From the NCBI GenBank assembly GCA_013265495.1, contig MU057887.1:3807668-3871667 (forward strand): DNA of 64,000 nt. Reading direction: 5' to 3'. The translations under genes were made by a program, and so were the position numbers. Within the stretch, counting starts at the first letter, position 1, and every line of letters begins with the position of its first letter. The DNA is from Vicugna vicugna. Its lineage: Eukaryota. Below are positions 59,801 through 64,000 of the stretch, in pieces. The notes under the pieces are model-generated. The model ran no database searches, was not told the origin of the DNA, and was given only the letters and a program-made list of their open reading frames with translations.

Positions 59801-62800
59801 GCCAGGAAGAACCCTCATCAACCCCTCTCCAGTACACAGGATGCTCAGAGCTCAGGCTCTGGTACACCTGCCCCTTCCGAGCAGGAGAGGAGCTCAGAGG
59901 CCACCGAGTGCAGGAACCTCAGGTCCTGCTGCCCTGGGGCTACTGCTCAGGCAGGACCTGGCTGTCCGCCATCCAGCCAGCCCCATAGGAGAGAAGGGAG
60001 GGAAGGGCAAGGAAAGGCCCCGGAGCCCGAGGTGCCCCCACACCTTCTCCTCCTTGCTGATGGAGCTGTGGCGCGCCACCCTCTCCATCCGTCCCACGTA
60101 GATGGCACAGTCCTTCTCTATGTCCTTCAACTCCTCCAGGGAGAAAATCACCGAGATGCGAGGGACAGGAACATCAGAGCAGCAGAGGTAATGCTGCTGA
60201 GCAGGAGAACCTGCAGTGAGCCCAGAGAAACTTGGACCCACATCCTGCTCTGCCTCCGTTTCTGGTGACCTGTGTGTACGCCGGCTTTCTTAGAAAGTGC
60301 ATTCCTCACTGCCATCCTCCACAGCTCTGAGGACACCACAGACAGGCTGTGCAAGGTCTCTGCCCAGCCAAGGCTGCCCTGTGGCAGAGGTCACGTCTGC
60401 CTCCAAGTGACTCTTCAGAACGTGGGACACGCCCACACCCACTCACTGAGGCCCACCCAGATTGGACAGGCCCACCGCCGGCCTCTCCCCATAGCTGAGC
60501 CCCAATATGTAGCCCCACCCTGCCCTGGAGCCCCACTTCCCGACAGCCAACCTCCCAGAGGCTCCTGAAAGCCCACCAGCATCAGGCCCTTCCCTGCACC
60601 TGCTGCTCCCACCTGGCCCTGAGCCTGTCCTGGCTGCTCCAGTCTGTTCTTAGCCCCACACTCGGCCAGCTGCTGCCCCAGATCTGGCCTGTACCTGGGT
60701 ATTCCGCTGCCTAGAACCCGTGTCCACATGCCCCACCCACCTCCTTCTGCTGGGGCATCAGGCAGCACCTCCTCAAAGGGCCAGCCTGTCCACAGCCCAT
60801 CACAGTCACCTGGCCTTCCTCCACCAGGTCTCGGCCACATGGACACCAGTGCAGGCCTCTGTTCCAGAGCACAGCCAAACCCTGTGACCCCTTCACAAGT
60901 GCCCCCCGGACCAGGGGGACATGATTCCCTAAACAGCCACATCCATCTTCCCGCTGACACAGCCCACCCCTGTTGCACTGGGGCATCACCAGGGTGGAGG
61001 AGGTGGGGAGAAGCCCACTGCCCCCTTGGTCTCTGAAATGCCTTCAGCTTCTCTTCTGGTCTTGGAAAGAGCACTCAGAAACTCAACAGAACTACTAGTG
61101 AAACTCCAGGGGAAACTGAGGTCACCACAACCTGGTCCAGCCCAGCTGACCCAGAGCTAAGGACACCCGTCCAGGCTGCAGGGGGTGGGGGGAGGGCACA
61201 CGCAGAGGGGCAAGAGGGGCGGGGGGGATGAGACGGCACACTGGGTGGTGCAGGGCAGCGCCCCCTCACCCGGGGGCAGCAGAGCTTCAGCAGGTTGATG
61301 GTCTTTCCGCAGACATACACGTCATGAGCAACGTGTTTCAAGAACACGGGCACGCAGTCCTCCACCTCTTTGGAAATGAGCACGTAGCCATGGGTCCAGT
61401 AAAACTTGTCTACACGTGGGACCAGAAACATAAGATCTGTGTCCAGCGACAGCCCTGACCCACCCGAAGGCGTGGAGGCCCAGCCTGAACGCCGGCCACC
61501 ACCTACCTCTGAAGCCCAAGTACTCCTGGTTCACCTGGATCATGAACTCTCCATAAACATCTCTGAAGACCCCACTGTACACCCAGTCGTGAATGAACCT
61601 GCGGGGTGGGCGGGCCAGCAGTGAGGTGCTTGGTAGGCAACCCGGGCAGGAGCGTAGGAGCGCGGCAACGAGGACAGAGCGCAGCCCCACCCCTCGCCCG
61701 GCCCCACCCCAGGCCCCACCGCGTGTAGGGCTCGCAGCTGGTCTTCAGCAGAGACAGCAGCACCGGGTAGTGTTCGTTGCTGCAGTTGTCCAGGGCCTCC
61801 TGGTAGAGGTAGGAGAGCAGCTTCACGCCCTGGAGACGACAAGGAGAGGGGCTCAGCACACACAACACTGCAGGATCCAGCCCCCCACCCATCCTCCAAG
61901 CTCAGCCACTGCCCCGCCCCCCAACAGGGGCTGCCTACTCAGGAATCCCGAGCTCACAGTGGGGAAGGCAGCCGCAGCCCTGGGCTCCCCTCCACCAGCG
62001 CCCGGGAGTGCAGTGCCAGTGCCGACACCACAGAGCTCAGCCAGGTACCTAGACACAAAGGCCGGTGAGATCAGGCGAGCAGGACGTGTCCCAGGTCCTC
62101 CTCTGCCTGTCTGCATGGTCCAGCTTTAAAACCACCTGCACCTCAAGGACCTCAGACTGGAGCCTCCTGACAGACTCCTCCCAGGGCGCCCACGCATCGC
62201 CACCTCCTTCCCAAGTTTGGCCAAGACTGCGTCCCGGAGTCCACAACCCTGCCCCAACCCTGCAGCTCTGCCCTGAGACCTCTCCAGCACTTACCACCTC
62301 GCCCAGGTCACCACCTCCTCTGTCCTGGATGGCCCCTAGCCCCCTGCACCCCGCTGCGGCACAGCCCCTGACAGCACCCTCCAGACCTCCCCAGGCTGCC
62401 TACAACAACTCCTCTTGAACTGAACCCACCTCCGCTCAACCCTAGCCCATCATTTTCTGGCTCCAGATGGCACCTGCCAGCAGACACACTGCCTGGTGTT
62501 CACTAACCAGCTTGTGGGTGCCAGGGGCCAGGTCTGTCTACAGGGAGGAACCCTGTGTGCCTTTCAGGCAGGAGCCGCTGACCCAAGGCAGGGCCCGCTT
62601 GGTGGGCTGCCAACAGACAGCACCTAGCCCCTCATGAACTCATCTGGGTCAAAGGCTATCCAGACGCCCAGCAGCAGGGCTGCTTTCATAGGCCCGCCAC
62701 CGCCCAGCAAGCCCCATGCCCGCACCTGTCCAGCCATCACACCGCCATGCTGAGGCTCACCTGAGCTGCCGGCCCAGCTTCTTGAAGAGGAAGCCAATGG

Positions 62801-64000
62801 TGAGGAGGCTCAGGGTGGGCGGCGTGGAGAGGACGCAGGCCCGGTAGTACTGCAGGTACCTCCTCAGGCCACTGGTGAAGGCCTGTGGGGCAGGGGCTAG
62901 GAGGAGGGCGGCCGAGCACGTGGACCCAGCCACTGAGCTCAGACCAGAGAGGAGAAGCCAGTGCCAGGGAGAAGGCTGGGCTTCCACCCCCAACCCTGGG
63001 GCTTCCTTTTCCAAGGAGTGGGCATCTGGGTGTGACACCCAGACACCCCAGCCCAGCTGGAAGTCCAAGGCCCACTGCAATCCTGTCCCTGCAGCCAGGA
63101 CCAGCTACACCAGGACAGCAGACCCTGCAGACCCTGGGTAGCTGGACTCTGTGCACAGACACCAACTCTGAGAGGGTTTGGCCGCTCAGACCACTGGAGA
63201 ACACTCCAGAACCAATACCAGGCACCCACCAGCAAGGAGACAGCTATCCCAGCTCACGTCCCAGACACCCGGCACGACAACCCGGTCTTGGTTTCCTTCT
63301 GCCCTCCCGGCTCCCCTTGGCCCCATTCCAGAACCTGAACCTCATCATGTCACCTCAGCAACCCCACTGCAGTGCCAAAACTTGGGGAACTGACCCGAAC
63401 CCTGCCACTCTTCTCTCTGTCTGGATGCCTGTCCCTCCCAAGCAGCTGCCCCACTGTCCCAGGGGCTGTGCCCCGTGTATGCACCAATTATAAGGCTTTC
63501 AAGAGAGATCTGGTTCAGCCCCGCCTGCACTGGGGACCCAGGGGGAACAGGCAGCATGTACCCACTCCATCCCACACCACTGGCCCTTCCCCTGGGGCCC
63601 CCAGCATTGGCCACACCTGCCTCCTACTATCTCATGGCCCAAATGCCTCTGCCCCAAGTTTCCAGGGAAGTGATGGGTGAGGTAAGACATAATCGCTGGC
63701 CACCATAATCGCTGTTCTGAAGGGTAATTGCTAGACTCTGGGTGTCACCTGGGGCAGGGCCTCTGAGGCTCTTCTGCAGAGCATGTGGACCACGCTCGGA
63801 TCCGCAACAGGCGAGGCGAGGCGAGGCATACCTGGAACACGAAGAACCTGCTGCATGAGGAGTCCAGCACAGGCTGCAGGGAGAAGTGGCTCAGGCGCGC
63901 ATAGTGGGTCCCGCACTCGGCCACCTCTGAGAGGAGGCTGCTCATGCTCTCGGGGGACGCTCCTGACACGTGGACGCCCTGCTTCACCGTGAAGGCCTGA
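53818..64000 (-). CDS. TUBGCP6: Gamma-tubulin complex component 6, 3' 22 exons (5'-partial)
   Basis: Exons (+ coordinates): 63832-64000 (partial), 62761-62882, 61958-62048, 61720-61829, 61507-61598, 61270-61409, 60044-60193, 59373-59454, 59192-59280, 58990-59105, 57731-57869, 57364-57435, 56036-57155, 55838-55896, 55525-55660, 55276-55444, 55036-55177, 54757-54951, 54552-54684, 54270-54483, 53988-54187, 53818-53909 (...LLRINFNNYYQDA TGA). GRIP motifs such as HFLLMEDGEF and VDWPLNIV; phases consistent. Confidence 0.98.
56319..56520 (-). repeat. 81-bp (27-aa) coding tandem repeat in TUBGCP6, about 2.5 copies
   Basis: AGACAC(G/A)TGTC(C/T)GTGGACATTCCA recurs at 56319, 56400 and 56481; encodes PSRPRWNVHGHVSDASIRVGENVWDVA. 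Confidence 0.95.
58421..58465. repeat. Mixed (CG)n/(CA)n microsatellite in a TUBGCP6 intron
   Basis: atgcgcgcgtgcacacacacacacgcgcgcgcacacacgcacac. Confidence 0.8.

Overview
Mammalian, GC-rich genomic DNA syntenic with human 22q13.33. The young L1 3' end and a Tigger1 derivative suggest a cetartiodactyl, probably a camelid (inference). Gene order: 3' part of MOV10L1 (+), PANX2 (+, complete apart from an N gap), TRABD (+, complete), SELENOO (+, complete, with a UGA-Sec codon and a CC-type SECIS), and the 3' 22 exons of TUBGCP6 (-), convergent with SELENOO. All exons were read by hand and splice phases are consistent. The main unexpected signal lies between TRABD and SELENOO: a four-exon, intron-containing, frameshifted gene for a fibrinogen-related domain (FReD) protein at about 36.9-38.5 kb. 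It looks like a decayed unitary pseudogene, and its last exon is still a CpG island. A processed POLR2L pseudogene lies next to it. Interspersed repeats include L1, MLT1, Tigger1, an ERV-type solo LTR and MIR. Most ORFs in the supplied track are GC-rich noise. Orthologue comparisons are from recalled sequences and need database confirmation.
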